Source of the DNA: Yuukianura sp. NJ FZ-2021
Taxonomy: Eukaryota
DNA: 64,000 nt
Reading direction: 5' to 3'
Assembly (NCBI GenBank): GCA_046563655.1
Contig: CM102286.1
Location: 992,001 to 1,056,000, forward strand
The notes beneath the pieces are model-generated. The model was not told the origin of the DNA, ran no database searches, and saw nothing but the letters and a program-made list of their open reading frames with translations. How positions within the stretch are numbered: the stretch's first letter is position 1; every line of letters starts with the position of its first letter. Below, piece after piece: positions 1-13,085 of the stretch. Made by a program: the position numbers and the translations under genes.

Positions 1-225
1 AATTATTCAAAAAAACGCCCAATTTGCGTTCTAGAAACCTAAAATCCAGCGGAAAACGGAAATAAGTTTGTTAATTTTTAACTTAATTGGGAAAGTTCCC
101 CCGTTTGCGGCTGGTTTTATTTGAATTTAATTTCATGTCCATCGCACTTTTTTAATTGAAGTTTATCATCGACTCATTTTTTGATACAAATTTGAATTGA
201 CTTCAACGGTGGAGCACGCATACGC

Positions 226-943
226 TTAACCCGCTGCAGCAGGATTGAGAGCTGGGTTGACTGCTGGGTTTGTGGCGGGGTTCGTCATGCCTCCAGCGCC
301 ATATGGCCCAGCAGCAGGATTCATCGCAGGATTTGCAGCAGGATTCATCGCATGATTTGCAGCAGGATTCATCGCATGATTTGCAGCAGGATTCATCGCA
401 TGGTTTGCAGCAGGATTCATCGCATGGTTTGCAGCAGGATTCATCGCATGACTTGCAGCAGGATTCATCGCAGCATTTGCAGCAGGATTCATCGCATAAT
501 TTGCAGCAGGATTCATCGCAGCATTTGCAGCAGGATTCATCGCAGAGTTTGCAGCAGGATTCATTGCAGGGTTAGCCATACCAGCACTCATCGCTGGGTT
601 TGCTGCAGGGTTACCCATTCCACTGGCCACTGCAGGGTTGCTGAATACTTGAGCAGCTGATGGATTGGCTCCACCAATAGCAGCAGAAGAAGATGGATTT
701 CCAAATACTTGAGCAGCAGACGGATTGTACATTGCTGGTGGGTTGTACCCTGCATCATCATAAAAGCATAGGAATTAAAAATTTGAACACAAATTTTTAG
801 CAACTTTGTACTTTTAGTACAATTTTTAATTTAGTACAAATTAGTATAAATTTTAGTACAAAATGTTTCCGTTTAGTATTACCTTGTGGAGCCGCTAATC
901 CGGTTCCTACCAGAGCCAAAACCACCAAAACTGCAGTTTGCAT
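226..943 (-). CDS. Secreted Ala/Asn/Pro/Met-rich octapeptide-repeat protein (2 exons: 943-883, 749-226)
   Basis: Exon 1 gives the signal peptide [21 protein letters not shown] phase-1 GT..AG intron joins in frame to [10 protein letters not shown]... and (MNPAANHA)n, ending at TAA 226-228. Confidence 0.8.
306..572. repeat. 24-bp coding tandem repeat, about 11 units (gcagcaggattcatcgcatgattt)
   Basis: Directly visible. It encodes the MNPAANxA octapeptides on the minus strand. Confidence 0.95.
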
Positions 944-1341
944 GATGATTTCTTTTTCTTTTTTTTTGTAGAACTTCCAAAAAATTTTTTAAGAAATATA
1001 TCAAAATTGAAGCCAACTGAAAACGCCGTTCTTTTATAATCCTTAGAATCACGTCACCAGTAACGTCGGAAATTTTTAGTGACAAAGAACTTTATAGAAA
1101 TTGATCCATTGTTGTACGTTTTCAAATTTAATTTTGAAATTAGCGCTCAAAAAAAGCCGCTTCGCTTTCGATTTTTAGGGTATACCGTACAATGAGCAAT
1201 TGTTTCTGCGCGTGTCATCCGATGGCCTTGAACAAGCTTTTACTTATTAGGCAACTTTTTCCAAGCTTTTTATAACTTTTCCAAACAGCATGACAATTTT
1301 TTTAGACAAATTGAGTTTATGAAAGAATTTTTGGTTTAAAA

Positions 1342-2345
1342 CTACTTTTTAGTAAAGTGTGAAGTATCACGTAGAGTGAGTAGCCTAACTTTCACTTTTG
1401 ATTCATCAGTCATCTGAATTTCGAGTTGAGTAAAGGCCGTGTTGCGAGTAGATGCAACATATTCAATTTCTGCTGGTTTTCCATTTGCATCGACAAATTC
1501 ATAGCCTGGTTCAGTGTTAAAAAAGTCAAGCAAATGGCTGAAGCAACTTCCACTTGTTACGACTAACACGGCGGGTTCCACGAAACACTGATTTTTACCA
1601 ACTTCTCGACACAGATCCTTAAAAAAAAACAAAATTTTAGGTTGTCAATGTCATGTTTCACTACTTTTTCAAAATACTGGAGAATTCTGCTCAAATTTTC
1701 AAATTTTGGAAATCAGTGACCTTGAAAAACGAAGCTGCTCGTGCTCTAGCAGATTCATAACTTTCTCCGTCTGGAAATTTGTATCTGAGTGGATCGCCTT
1801 TACTCATAATTGCTGCAACAAATTCTGGGAGTGGTTTTCCCTCCATGGTTTCACCAAAACCCTATTTTCAAAAAAAAAATTGAAATTTTGAAAATTTAAA
1901 AAAAAGTTGTTTTTGGTTGCTACCTTTTCATTGAGTCTTGGATCCTTAGCAAACTGGACCCTGCCCCCGGGGCATAAATTTTCCAAAATGATTTCCAATG
2001 TTTCATGAGTACGAAGTAAACCACTCGCAATGAATTTTGTGTAGCGAGCACGTTTTTCTTTTAAATATTTCCCAAGTAAAGCTGACTGAAAAAAATTCAA
2101 AATTTTGATGTTTTTTTTTGTATAGTTCATGTAAAAATGTTGTTCACATTACTTGTTCTCGTCCTGCATTGTTCAGTCCTTGGTCACTAAAACTTTGAAC
2201 GATTTGGTTTTTATTGGCATCCGTTTCACCGCTAAGAACGCAAAAAATTTTTTTAGTAAAGCAAAGTTGAAGTGTGATTTAAGAAATTGTTCAATTCAAT
2301 ATCATTATAAACTTACTGTCGTACAAGTGTGAGTTGAAATTGCAT
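1342..2345 (-). CDS. TIGAR-like histidine phosphatase (phosphoglycerate mutase family), copy 1, 5 exons
   Basis: Spliced MQFQLTLVRHGETDANK..., ASGLLRTHET, DPRLNEKGFGE.MEGK, PDGES, VLVVTSG, RNTAFT, DTSHF. Collinear with TIGAR/CobC motifs. Confidence 0.85.
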
Positions 2346-2718
2346 TATGAACAAAGATGATGCCAAATCTTCCAAAAGTAAAAGTTTGTTTGGAAATTCA
2401 ATTTTTGAGTCTGCCTAACCTGATCACGTTCACTAAAAGAAGTTTTATCAAAAATTTCATATGGACTAAAACTTGAAGTAAGTGAAATAACTTTCAAGAT
2501 CAAGGGCAGAATCGCCATTGTTTTCAGGTTACAATTCCTGTCACGTCTTTGCAAAAACCGGAATGTTTTGCAAGGCCAATATAAATTGACCAAAAAATTT
2601 CAGAATGTGGATGGACGAAATTTATGGACGAGTTTAAGTTCTCAGCCGGATTTCAATTAAATTTAAATAACATATTTTATTTAAATTTACCGTAGAGTTT
2701 TAGTGTAACAATAATTTT

Positions 2719-3763
2719 CTAAGTTTCTAAAAATAAGTGTGTAGTATTCCGTATGGTGAGCAGCGTAACTTTCACTTTTGATTCCTCAGTCATCTGAATT
2801 TCGAGTTGCGTAAAGGCCGTGTTGTCTGTAGGTGCAACATATTCAATTTGTGCTGGTATTCCATGTGCATTCACAAACTCATAGCCTGGTTCAGTGTTAA
2901 AAAAGTCCAGCAAATGACTCATCCACATTCCACTTGTTACTACTAATACGGCGGGTTCCACGAAAAACTGCTTCCCTGCAAACTCTTGACACAAGTCCTG
3001 AAAAAATCCAAAATTTTAGATTTTCAAGGTACAAAAATTTCTCAAAATACTGAAGTTGCATAATTACGACTTTCATTTTTAGTCAAATTTTAAGATTGTG
3101 AAATCACCAACCTTGAAAAACGAAGCTGCTCGGGCTCTAACAGAGTCGTAACTTTCTCCGCCTGGAAATTCGTACCTAAGAGGGTCACCGGAACTCAAAA
3201 GTGCTGCAACAAATTCCGCTCCTGGCTTTCCCTCCATGGATTCACCAAAACACTATTTTCAAAAAAAAAATTGAAATTTTGAAAACCTTAGAAACAAAAT
3301 TGTTTTTGTTTGCTACCTTTTCATTAAGTCTTGGATCCTTTGCAAATTGGACTTTGCCCCCAGGACATAAATTTTCGCAAATTATTTCCAGCGTTTCATG
3401 AGTACGAAGTAAACCACTGGCGATGAATTTAGTGTAGCGTGCACGTTTTTCTTTTAGATATTTCCCAAGTAAAGCTGACTGAAACAAAATTTCAAAATTT
3501 TGATGTTTTTTTTTTTAGTTTGTGTACAAATGTTATTCACTTTACCTGTTCTCGTCCTGCGTGATTTAGTCGTTGGTCAGTAGAACTCTGAACGATTCTG
3601 TTTTTGTTAGAATCAGTTTCACCGCTACAATCAACCACAATTTTTTAATTACTTAAAAATTGATTGTGATTTAAAAAGTTGTTTAATTCAACATTAGAGT
3701 AAATATATTTTAATATTACAATATGTAAACTTACTGTCGAACAAGTGTGAGTTGAAACTGCAT
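2719..3763 (-). CDS. TIGAR-like histidine phosphatase, copy 2 (tandem paralog)
   Basis: Same exon structure. MQFQLTLVRHGETDSNK..., near-identical middle exon, VLVVTSG, DNTAFT. Confidence 0.85.
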
Positions 3764-4530
3764 TATGAAAAATATGATGTCAAATGCTGAAAAAGTTTAT
3801 TTCAAAATTAAATTTTTGACTCAGTCCTTACACTATCACACTCACTAAAAGGTTTTAGCAAGAGTGTGAAATTTGCAAGTCATCTGGTGATGTGTTCAAT
3901 TCTAATTTTATCTTTTCAAGTTTTCCGGCAGAATCACGTCATCCTTCACCAAAAGTGATCGATACTTGTGTAATCTTATCATGCAACGCCGCATTGGGCA
4001 CCACGTAAACAAAATGTACTTTGGTTTACTAATGTAACTTCGAACTCTGCTGAAGATTTTAATTTGTAAACGTAATTCTGCAAAATTCAAAAATGTCTTA
4101 GAACATTTAATTGTTGCTAATTTTTCAAACTTTTTACTTAAATTACGTCCATGACAAAATTTTCTTTCAGTTTCAGTTTTCAAAGCAGAATGTGACAATA
4201 TGCATCCAATCAAGAAGATTTTAATCACGCGGACTAAAATTTCAAGTAGCTATACAATATCTTTCAAGGCCAATTGCAGAATCGCCATTGTTTTAAGTTT
4301 CAACACGTATGTCTCGTCCTTTCGGCTCACAAAAACTGGACAGTGTACCAAGGCCACTTCAATATAAAATGACACATGAAGATGTCAAAATTATTCATGT
4401 ATTCACATCATTTTCAAAATTCTGTTGGTTTAGAGCTCATAAACCACAACAAAAAACAAAAAATCAGTTTAATTTCGAAAAATTCAAAATTTTAGACATA
4501 CTTGCTCTGAATTCTTATTAACTGCATAAG

Positions 4531-6498
4531 ATGTATCTAGAAAAAATACTTTTTTGTTTAGTCCTAACGTTTTTAAAGTTCCAAAATACAGAAACTGCCA
4601 ATATTTTATTTTACCATGCAGTTTCTTCTTATTCTCACCGTGTCGCTGTGTGGCCATGGGTTGAAGCTTTGGCTGCGCATGGGCATAACGTCACTTTTCT
4701 GCAACCATTTCCCCCGAAAAATCCGAATCCAAAAGTAACCGAATTTTTTCCCAAGGGATTGACCGATGTTTGGTCATTCCAGGACTCTTCTGGACGGAAA
4801 ATTAGTGACAGTGGATTTCTAGAAAAACGACTTCAAGAAGGACAATGGGCCTTTCTTACAGCACTTTTTCAATATCCAGTGGTCGGATATCGATCATGTG
4901 AAGAAATTTTGTCACATCCAGAAGGACTTGAATTTGTTGACTCGAATACATTTGACCTAGTTGTGATTGACTTTTTGTTCAACGAATGTGCTTATGGACT
5001 TGCACATAAATGGGGAGCCAAAACGATTTTGTACTACTCAAATGATCCCGCAGGATCATTTTTACCGGAAGCATTGGGATTTCAAGGCACAGACAATCTA
5101 GATTTCTCTTGGAATTTTGGTTCTGAAACAATCGTTCAAAAAGTGGTGTTGTTTTTTATGAATACGGTGTTTACTTTATTCAGTTGTTTTGGTCATGTAC
5201 TAAAAGTATGGCATTACTATCCCAAAATGGACACATTAATGCGGAACAAACTCAACATGCCTGAAATGCCATCTTTAGCAGAACTTGTACCGAGAACTAA
5301 TTTGGTGTTTTACAATGGCCATTTTACCGAATCGGACGTCAGAACGTTCCCGCCACTGTTTGTTCCCGGTAAAATTCGAAAAAAAAATTGAATTAAAATT
5401 TTATTTGAGTTCAAACATTGCTGAAAATTAAAGAAAAACACGTTTTTCTCATTCGATTTTAGTTCCAGCGATGCACGTCTGGAATAGTGGTAAACAAAAT
5501 TCGTCCAAACCGCTTCCCAAGGTAGGAAATTTTTTGTGTTTACAATTGACTTTTTAAAACTATTTTGAATTGTTTAAAAAAATCTAGCGAATCTTTGTAC
5601 AAAAAAATTTCTGTGTGAAGGACATGGCGAAATTTATTGATGAGAGTGGGGACGATGGATTCATTTACGTCAGTTTTGGAAGCCTGGCGGACATCAACGG
5701 AGCTCCGCGTGAATTCAAAGACATTTTTCTTCGCGCTTTTGAAAAAAGCAAGACGCGGTTTGTTTGGAAAATTGAAGGTGACATTACAAAAGAAATGCCC
5801 AGTAACGTATTCACTGCTCCTTGGATGCCTCAGGGAGATATCCTAGGTAACATTTTAAATTTTACTCATTTTTTTTTTAAATTTTTTAATAAAACTTTTT
5901 TTTTATACAGCTTCTAAAAAGTGCAAAGCGTTCATCAGTCACGGCGGACTGCTGGGTACGCAGGAGGCTGTGATGCATGGCGTACCGATGATCGTTCTTC
6001 CGATTTTCGGTGAACAAGATTTCAACGCAGCCAGAATTCACACTGGAGGCAGAGGAATTGCCCTGGAAGTGAGCACACTCACAGAAAAGCAATTGACAGA
6101 AACCATCCAGGAGATTTTGACAAACAAAAAGTAAAATTTCAGCCAACTTGTGGAAAAGTTATTTCAAAATTTCCAAAATCTTTTTTTTTTCACTTAGGTA
6201 TAAACAGACTACGGAGAAAATTTCTGTGCAGTTGAAAGACCAACAGAACAGTCCAATTGACACTGCCGTGTACTGGACAGAGTATGTCCTTCGTCATGAT
6301 CGCGAAGATTTGGACCGCCTAAGGCCAAAAAAATGGCGTCATTCCTACTGGTTTCAAGTCCAATTGCTTGATGTGTGGATCTTCCTAATTTGTATTTTTC
6401 TAGTTTCTGCTTACACTACTTTTCGAATTTCGAAATTCATTTTAGCCTCAGTGTTTGTCAAGAAGAATACTAGTAATCAAAAATTGAAAACTAACTAA
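4531..6498 (+). CDS. UDP-glycosyltransferase, copy 1 (5 exons)
   Basis: Signal peptide, SYSH motif, FIYVSFGS, UGT signature WMPQ..FISHGGL.G.QEA..GVP..PIFGEQ..NA, AVYWTEYVLRH, C-terminal TM helix and KLKTN tail. Confidence 0.95.
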
Positions 6499-6896
6499 AA
6501 CAAAATAAAACAAAATTTTGTGTGTGTAACTAGCATAATATCATATCATCGGCATTGAACCAATGCAGACTAAGTAAGCGTGTAGTACAAAGTGTGAATA
6601 ATGCTCGTTCTCAGCAAACAGTTTTTTTTTTCAAAAAATAACTCCCTGATAAAAAAAAAACTATTTCAAAACTGTAAATTTTTTGTGCAGATAAAAATGA
6701 AGTGGACACTTTTTTCAAGGTTTCGGAACAAAAAAGTTGTGATTTTATGCAATTGCGTTACACAGTTTTAAATAAAACTTTGGAGAGTAAACCATACCCA
6801 CAGAAAACTAAAACTTAACTTCAGTTGTTTAAATTTAACTTTAGCTAAAATTAACGTTAGTCAGCTATCCTTTAAATTTTAATGTAAAGCACCAAA

Positions 6897-8821
6897 ATGT
6901 TTCGTCATTTTATTTTATTCTGTTCAATTTTGTTGTTTGTACAATTTTACAGTATAGACTGTTCAAATATTTTGTTTTACTGTGCAGTTTCTTCTTATTC
7001 TCACCGTGTCGCCGTGTGGCCATTGGTTGAAGCTTTAGCTGCGCATGGGCACAACGTCACTTTTCTGCAACCTTATCCTCCGAAAAATCCGAATCCAAAC
7101 GTAACCGAATTTTTTCCAAAGGGTTTGTCTGATGTTTACTCATTCCAGGACTCTTCTGGACGGCAAATCAGTGACAGTGGATTTCTAGAAAAGCGAATTG
7201 AGGGAGGACGGTGGGGAGTGTTCAAAACGGTATTCGATTTTCCAGAACTCGGTTTCAATTCTTGTGCGGAATTTTTGGGGCATCCGGATGGACTGAAATT
7301 TGTGAATTCCAATAAATTTGATTTAGTAGTTGTTGATGCTTTCTACAACGAATGTGCTTTTGGACTTGCATATAAATGGGGAGCCAAAACGATTTTGTAC
7401 TACTCAAATGAACCAGGAGGCTCATTTTCTATTGAACCATTGGGATTTCTCGGTTCAGACAACTTTGACTTTGCATGGACATTTAGCACTGACACGATCG
7501 CTGAAAAGATGACGCTGTTTTTGCAGAACACTATGTTCACTGTAATTTGTATCGTCCTACAATCAATTAAAGTGTGGAGCTACTATCCCAAAATGGAAAA
7601 TCTACTAAGAAATGAGCTCCACATTTTAGAAATGCCATCTATGGCGGAATTGACGACACAAACGAATTTGGTTCTGTTCAACGGTCATTTCAGCCACTCG
7701 GATGCCAGAACTTTTCCACCACTTTTTGTTGCAGGTAAAAACTAAAAAAATCTATTCACATTAAAAAAAAACGAACTTTCTGAACTTTTGTTTAAAATTT
7801 TAGTTCCCGCAATGCACGCTTGGGACAATTCTACGCCCAAGCCGCTTCCAAAGGTAAAATTTCCAGCTTTAACCATTGACTTTACAGCTGTTTTTTTTTT
7901 CAAAATTTTTGTGTTTTTTTTTTAAATTTAATTATAAAATTTTTTTTTGGAAGGACATGGAAAAATTTATTGATGAAAGTCCGGATGGATTCATTTACGT
8001 AAGTTTTGGAAGTCTGGCGGACATCAACAGTGCACCGCGGGAGTTTCAAGAAAAATTTATAGCGGCTTTTGGAAAAAGTAACACGCGGTTTATTTGGAAA
8101 ATTGACGGCGACATCACAAAGAAAATGCCGAGTAACGTCTACACTGCTTCATGGATGCCTCAGAAAGATCTTTTATGTAAAATTTCATAATTCTTTACCC
8201 TGATTTTTTTTTTGAAAAACTGTTTTTTTGTGGTAGCTTCAAAAAAGTGCAAAGCGTTTATCAGTCACGGTGGACTTCTTGGGACACAAGAAGCTGTGAT
8301 GCTTGGCGTTCCGACCATTGTGCTGCCAATGTTCGCTGAACAAGATTTGAACGCCGCGAGAATTCAAGCATCAGGCAGAGGAATCATGATTGAACCAAGT
8401 ACTTTGACGGAACATCAGTTGACCGAAGCCATCCATGAAATGTTGACAAACAAAAAGTAAAATTTCTACCAATTAAAAACAGTCTGAAATTTTTGTAGAG
8501 TTACCATTGTTTTCCTTTAGGTACAAACAAACTGTGGAAAAAATTTCTGCGCAGTTGAAAGACCAACAAAACAGTCCAATTGACACTGCTGTGTACTGGA
8601 CAGAGTATGTCCTTCGTCATGACCGCGAAGATTTGGATCGACTAAGGCCTCGAAAATGGCGTCATTCGTACTGGTTTCAAGCTCAATTGCTTGATGTGTG
8701 GATTTTCTTATTTTTTGTTATCTTTGGTTCTATCTATTTCAGTTTTAGAATTTTGAAATTAATGCTGTCGTTACTTTTTGGACAAAAGAAGCATAAAACT
8801 CTCAAATTAAAAACTAACTAA
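6897..8821 (+). CDS. UDP-glycosyltransferase, copy 2 (tandem paralog)
   Basis: Same motifs and intron positions as copy 1. Confidence 0.95.
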
Positions 8822-9241
8822 AATTGCCAAGAAATGTTTTGTCTAAAAACTTTTTGCTTAAAAATAATTAGAACGGAATAAACGCTGCTGCGGCCGATTT
8901 ACTCGTTTATGCTAGTAATTTTTTTTTAAACATTTTTTTAAAGCGATACAAGGATTTTATGAGGGTAAACTTGGAAAATATTCACGTCTCAATCAGATTA
9001 ATGTTTAAACATGACGCATTGGCAACTTTGAAATGGCCAATTATTTTACTAGTTCTAAAATTTACGCCCTACTTGCCCTTCAATTTTTTCTGACTTGGAA
9101 TACACATTCCCGTTGAAAACATTAATTCTTAAATTTGGCGCATTTGCCCAAGAGAACTCGTCACTGGACATAAAATTTGTTTCAGTTTCAACCAAAACTC
9201 ACCACTGAACTCATTCTTTCAAAAAAAAACTTCAAAATAAA

Positions 9242-10616
9242 ATGAATCTTTGGTTTCTAACATTTTGGGTTAATTTTCATGCAAAACTTTGGCTTTCTCC
9301 TTTCGTCTTTACATCAGAATTTCCACCGGTCATAACGACCGTATCTTATACTGGAAAATGGGGCATTGCAAGATCCTACTTGGAAAATTTTTGCAAAATT
9401 TTGGCAGGGGCTCAACTCGTATTTCTTATAATTCGTTTCATTCAATATCTGCTAGGGTCATTGACATTACAAGAACAAGACACGACGGATCTGGCTACAT
9501 CCATCATTAACCTACTGTTGTACTACTTGACAAAACTAATGTTTTTCAAAAAGGAGGAGGATTGGACATACCTGGTAAATTTGTTCCTGCGATTTCAATC
9601 TCAAACTGAACGTAACTGAATTTTATTCTCTTATTAAATACTTTTATTTAATACAAATAATTAATGTTTTGACCTTGTCCGTCTGTCTGCGTCCTGTCTG
9701 TCTGGCGGGCCTTTACCGGCAGTTATGTCGGTGAACTTTCGTTACTGTCATAAATTCTTTTCTAACTAAAACGGAGATTGTTTTTTAAGGTGAATACGGA
9801 CAGCGCTTTCGAAGGATCTGGAAGATTTATAACATTTTTACGTGTTGTGATCGGTCGCTGGACTTTATAAGTCTAGTCATTTTACTTTTGACATATTTTG
9901 AAAATCCGATTCCGAACTATCAGTTGAGCACTTTGGTATTCGGACAACACTATCGGGCAATTGGAATTGCTGAACGACTTATAGATTTTGTAGTCTATGG
10001 ATTTATGCAATGTATGCTCATGCAATTAGACTATATATCGACAATTTACCAACTAGTCACTGCAAAGGCATTCAGACTTCGGCGGCAAACGTAAAAATAA
10101 GATCTAATTTAAATATTTCTTGATTGGATGAAACATGTCTAATTTTTTACTAATTCTAGTCCTCAGACATATGCGGAGTTTGAGCGGGAATACCAACAGA
10201 GGGCTATTCTGAACAGAATCTACAACAATTGGTATCAAAGTCTAGTGATCCCGGTAACTCTTGGACTACAACTTTGTTATTGGATCAGAATCATCTACAT
10301 TGTAGTCCGATCATTTCCCAAAGCCTCATCTACGGACAAACTTGTGTTGTTGTATGCGGCAATCACAAACACAGCACATTGTCTCGCATTTATTCTAATT
10401 CCTGCACAAGTCTACCGTGACAGTTACAATTTACTGGAATTTTGGAAACGAAAAACGGATGGCATAGGAAACGTGTTGATGCGCCGCAGGATTTTACGAA
10501 GTTTAGCACCCTTTGGAGTACGCTGCAGCCACTTCTTTGTAATTCGACCAGAAACGAGAGGAACCTACGTTAGCCTGGCATTTGATAACCTTGTTAACGC
10601 GCTGTTGACGTTCTAG
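9242..10616 (+). CDS. Gustatory-receptor-like multi-TM chemoreceptor, copy 1 (3 exons)
   Basis: Hydrophobic helices. The C-terminus ..ILRSLAPFGVRCSHFFVIRPETRGTYVSLAFDNLVNALLTF is typical of the divergent hexapod GR/OR superfamily. Confidence 0.7.
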
Positions 10617-11370
10617 TTGGTCTGAATACACAAAATTCACTTTTCAATTGTCTCACATTTATCCACACGACGTAAAAATTTACAAAAAATGCATATTTTT
10701 AAAATTTTGGGTTTGGTAGATTCTTAACCTAATTTGGATGTGTAAAGGTCTAAAACACCGTTTAAAACTAACTAAAATTGACAAAAATGTTTTCGCTGCA
10801 AAACTTTTGTGTAGCACTACTAACAACAACGGAATAAATGCAGATACTGCCGCAATCAAGCGTGAATTGATAAATGCAATATTAGCAAGCATGTCAAAAA
10901 TATTTAATAAACAAGCGAAATATTTCAATAAACACAATAAGAATTGAAAAAAGGCGAAGTATTAACGAATTTAACGTGGGAAAATAAATAATTATTTAGT
11001 GACAAAAAGAACCGCAATATTGATTTTGTTAACATTACAGTCATGAGGACTTAAATATTTTTTATGTCTCTGGTTATTAGGGTGAACTTTGAAAATATTG
11101 TCTCAATCTGATCAATTTCTAAGCATGGAGCATTCGAAACAATCAATTATTTAGGTTCTAGAATCTCCGTCCTACATGGTAGACAATGTTATTGTATATT
11201 TTCAAAACGTTCGTTTTGGGTTAGTCTGATTAATTTTTAAATTGAGCGCATTGACCACTTAAATTGGCAGTCAGGGACGTGGAATAGTTGGATGGTTTCC
11301 GCAGTGCTCAATCCTCAATCTTCATCGTTTCAATATCAACTAAAACTCGCGACTCAACTTGTTTAAAAAA

Positions 11371-12938
11371 ATGAATATTTGGTTTCTAACGGCTTGGGTA
11401 AATTTGCACGCAAAACTTTGGATTTCTCCTTTTGTTTTCATATCCGAATTTCCACCAGTCATAGCGAAAGTAACTTATACCAGAAAATGGGATACTGCAA
11501 GATACTTCCTCGCCAGTATTTTCAAAATGCTGGCAATGATCGAATTTGCTTTTGTGGGGTTTCGCTGCATACAGTTTGTCCAAGGTACCTTGACAACCAT
11601 TTCGTCTCCCTAAGAGGTTGTGTACTATTTCCGTTGTTTACCAAAGAAATGAAAATAACAAAAATCTGAGTACCATTGGAACCAATTCAAAAAAATTCGA
11701 CTGCTTAGTACCAATTCGTATGAAAATTTTTAAAAATCGCTTATATTGCTATGGTCAGGATACCCTAAAATGCAACTTAACTTTTTTATCCAATCGAAAA
11801 CATACCTGAGTTAGTACGCAACCTTTTAAGGGAAAATAAATTTACAAATCTTGAAATTTGTCTTAGGATCATTGACCTTGGGGCAACAAGACTCCATGAT
11901 ACTCAATGGCAGCTTCCTTGTCTTCTTGATGCACTTCTTAGTAAAACTTGCGTTTTTCAAGAAGGAAGAAGATTGGGCCTACTTTGTAAATTTGTACCTA
12001 CGATTTCAAGCTGACAGTGAACGTACGTCTATTTTATTATCTTATTAATTTTCTCATAACAGCTACTTATCTTAAACTTTCTACATTGAACTTATCTTTT
12101 AAGGTACCGACCAACACCACTATAAAAGTATATGGAACATATATAACAATATTCTTTGCTGCGCTTGTTCGGTGTTGCACGCAGTTCGAGTTATTATTCT
12201 TTTGACCATGCTCGAAAGACCAATACCAAAGTATGACATGAGCACTTGGGTATTCGGACAACATTTGTGGTGGATTGGAATAGCTGAACGACTTATATAT
12301 CAAGCACTCGACGTCTATTGCGTATGTATACTCGTGCAAGTAGATTTCATTGCAAAAACTTACGAACTGACAACCGGAAAGGCATGCAGGCTCCATCTAC
12401 TCACGTAAAAATATTTACATAACAATTTGCATAGCATCCAAATATTTTTGACATGCTATATGTTTTGAATTGTAGTAACCAGTCAGACGAGGAATTTGAG
12501 CGGGAATACCACCAGAGGGCTATTCTGAACAGGATGTTCAACAACTGGTGTGAAACTCATGTGGTCGCTGCAACTCTTGTACTGCACCATGTTATCTGGG
12601 TCAGGCGGATCTACGTAGCAGTTCGATGGTTGTCCAAAGTCAAAACTCCAGAGAAAATTGTACTGTGTTTTACTGTCTTTTTATATACCGTTATTGGTGT
12701 GGCAATTTGTGCAATCGCTGCACAAGTCTACCGTGACAGTTCGAATTTACTGGAATTTTGGAAAAGAAAAATCGAGGGTGAAAGAGAAAACTTGCTCATG
12801 CGTCACAGGATGTTGCGCAGTTTGGCGCCACTTGGAATTCGCTGCGGCAATTTTTTTGTAATTCAGCCAGAAACGAGAGTAACCTACGTTCGTCTGGCAT
12901 TTGACAACGTTGTTAACGCTCTGGTTAGTCTGCCGTAG
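11371..12938 (+). CDS. Gustatory-receptor-like chemoreceptor, copy 2 (4 exons; extra intron 11585-11866)
   Basis: Paralog of copy 1. The frame is restored by the GT..AG intron 11585-11866. Confidence 0.7.
11581..11853. mobile_element. hAT-like MITE (CAAGGT..ACCTTG family) forming an intron in GR copy 2
   Basis: Ends CAAGGTACCTTGACAAC and ACAAATCTTG. Flanked by CAGTTTGTC/AAATTTGTC. Internal similarity to copies at 50255 and 59984. Confidence 0.8.
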
Positions 12939-12959
12939 TAAACCATTTTTGCAACCAAT

Positions 12960-13085
12960 TTGCGTTGTGTTATGCGGCAATCACAAACACAGCACATTTT
13001 AATTGGATCAGAAACGAGAGGAGCCTACGATAGCCTGGCATTTGAAAGCCTTGTTACCGCGCTGTTGACGTTCTAGTTGGTCTGC
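12960..13085 (+). pseudogene. Deleted relic of the GR copy-1 3' end
   Basis: tatgcggcaatcacaaacacagcacatt and cagaaacgagagg...gacgttctagttggtctg match about 10350-10380 and 10548-10624. Confidence 0.75.

Noticed and set aside
306..572. CRISPR-like array (also considered for 27120-27402 and 34985-35100)
   Set aside because: Contiguous tandem units without unique spacers, no cas genes, eukaryotic context.
270..660. Plus-strand repeat ORFs (LQQDSSHD.. and CSRIHRMI..)
   Set aside because: Shadow frames of the 24-bp repeat. Only the minus frame has a signal-peptide exon and splice sites.
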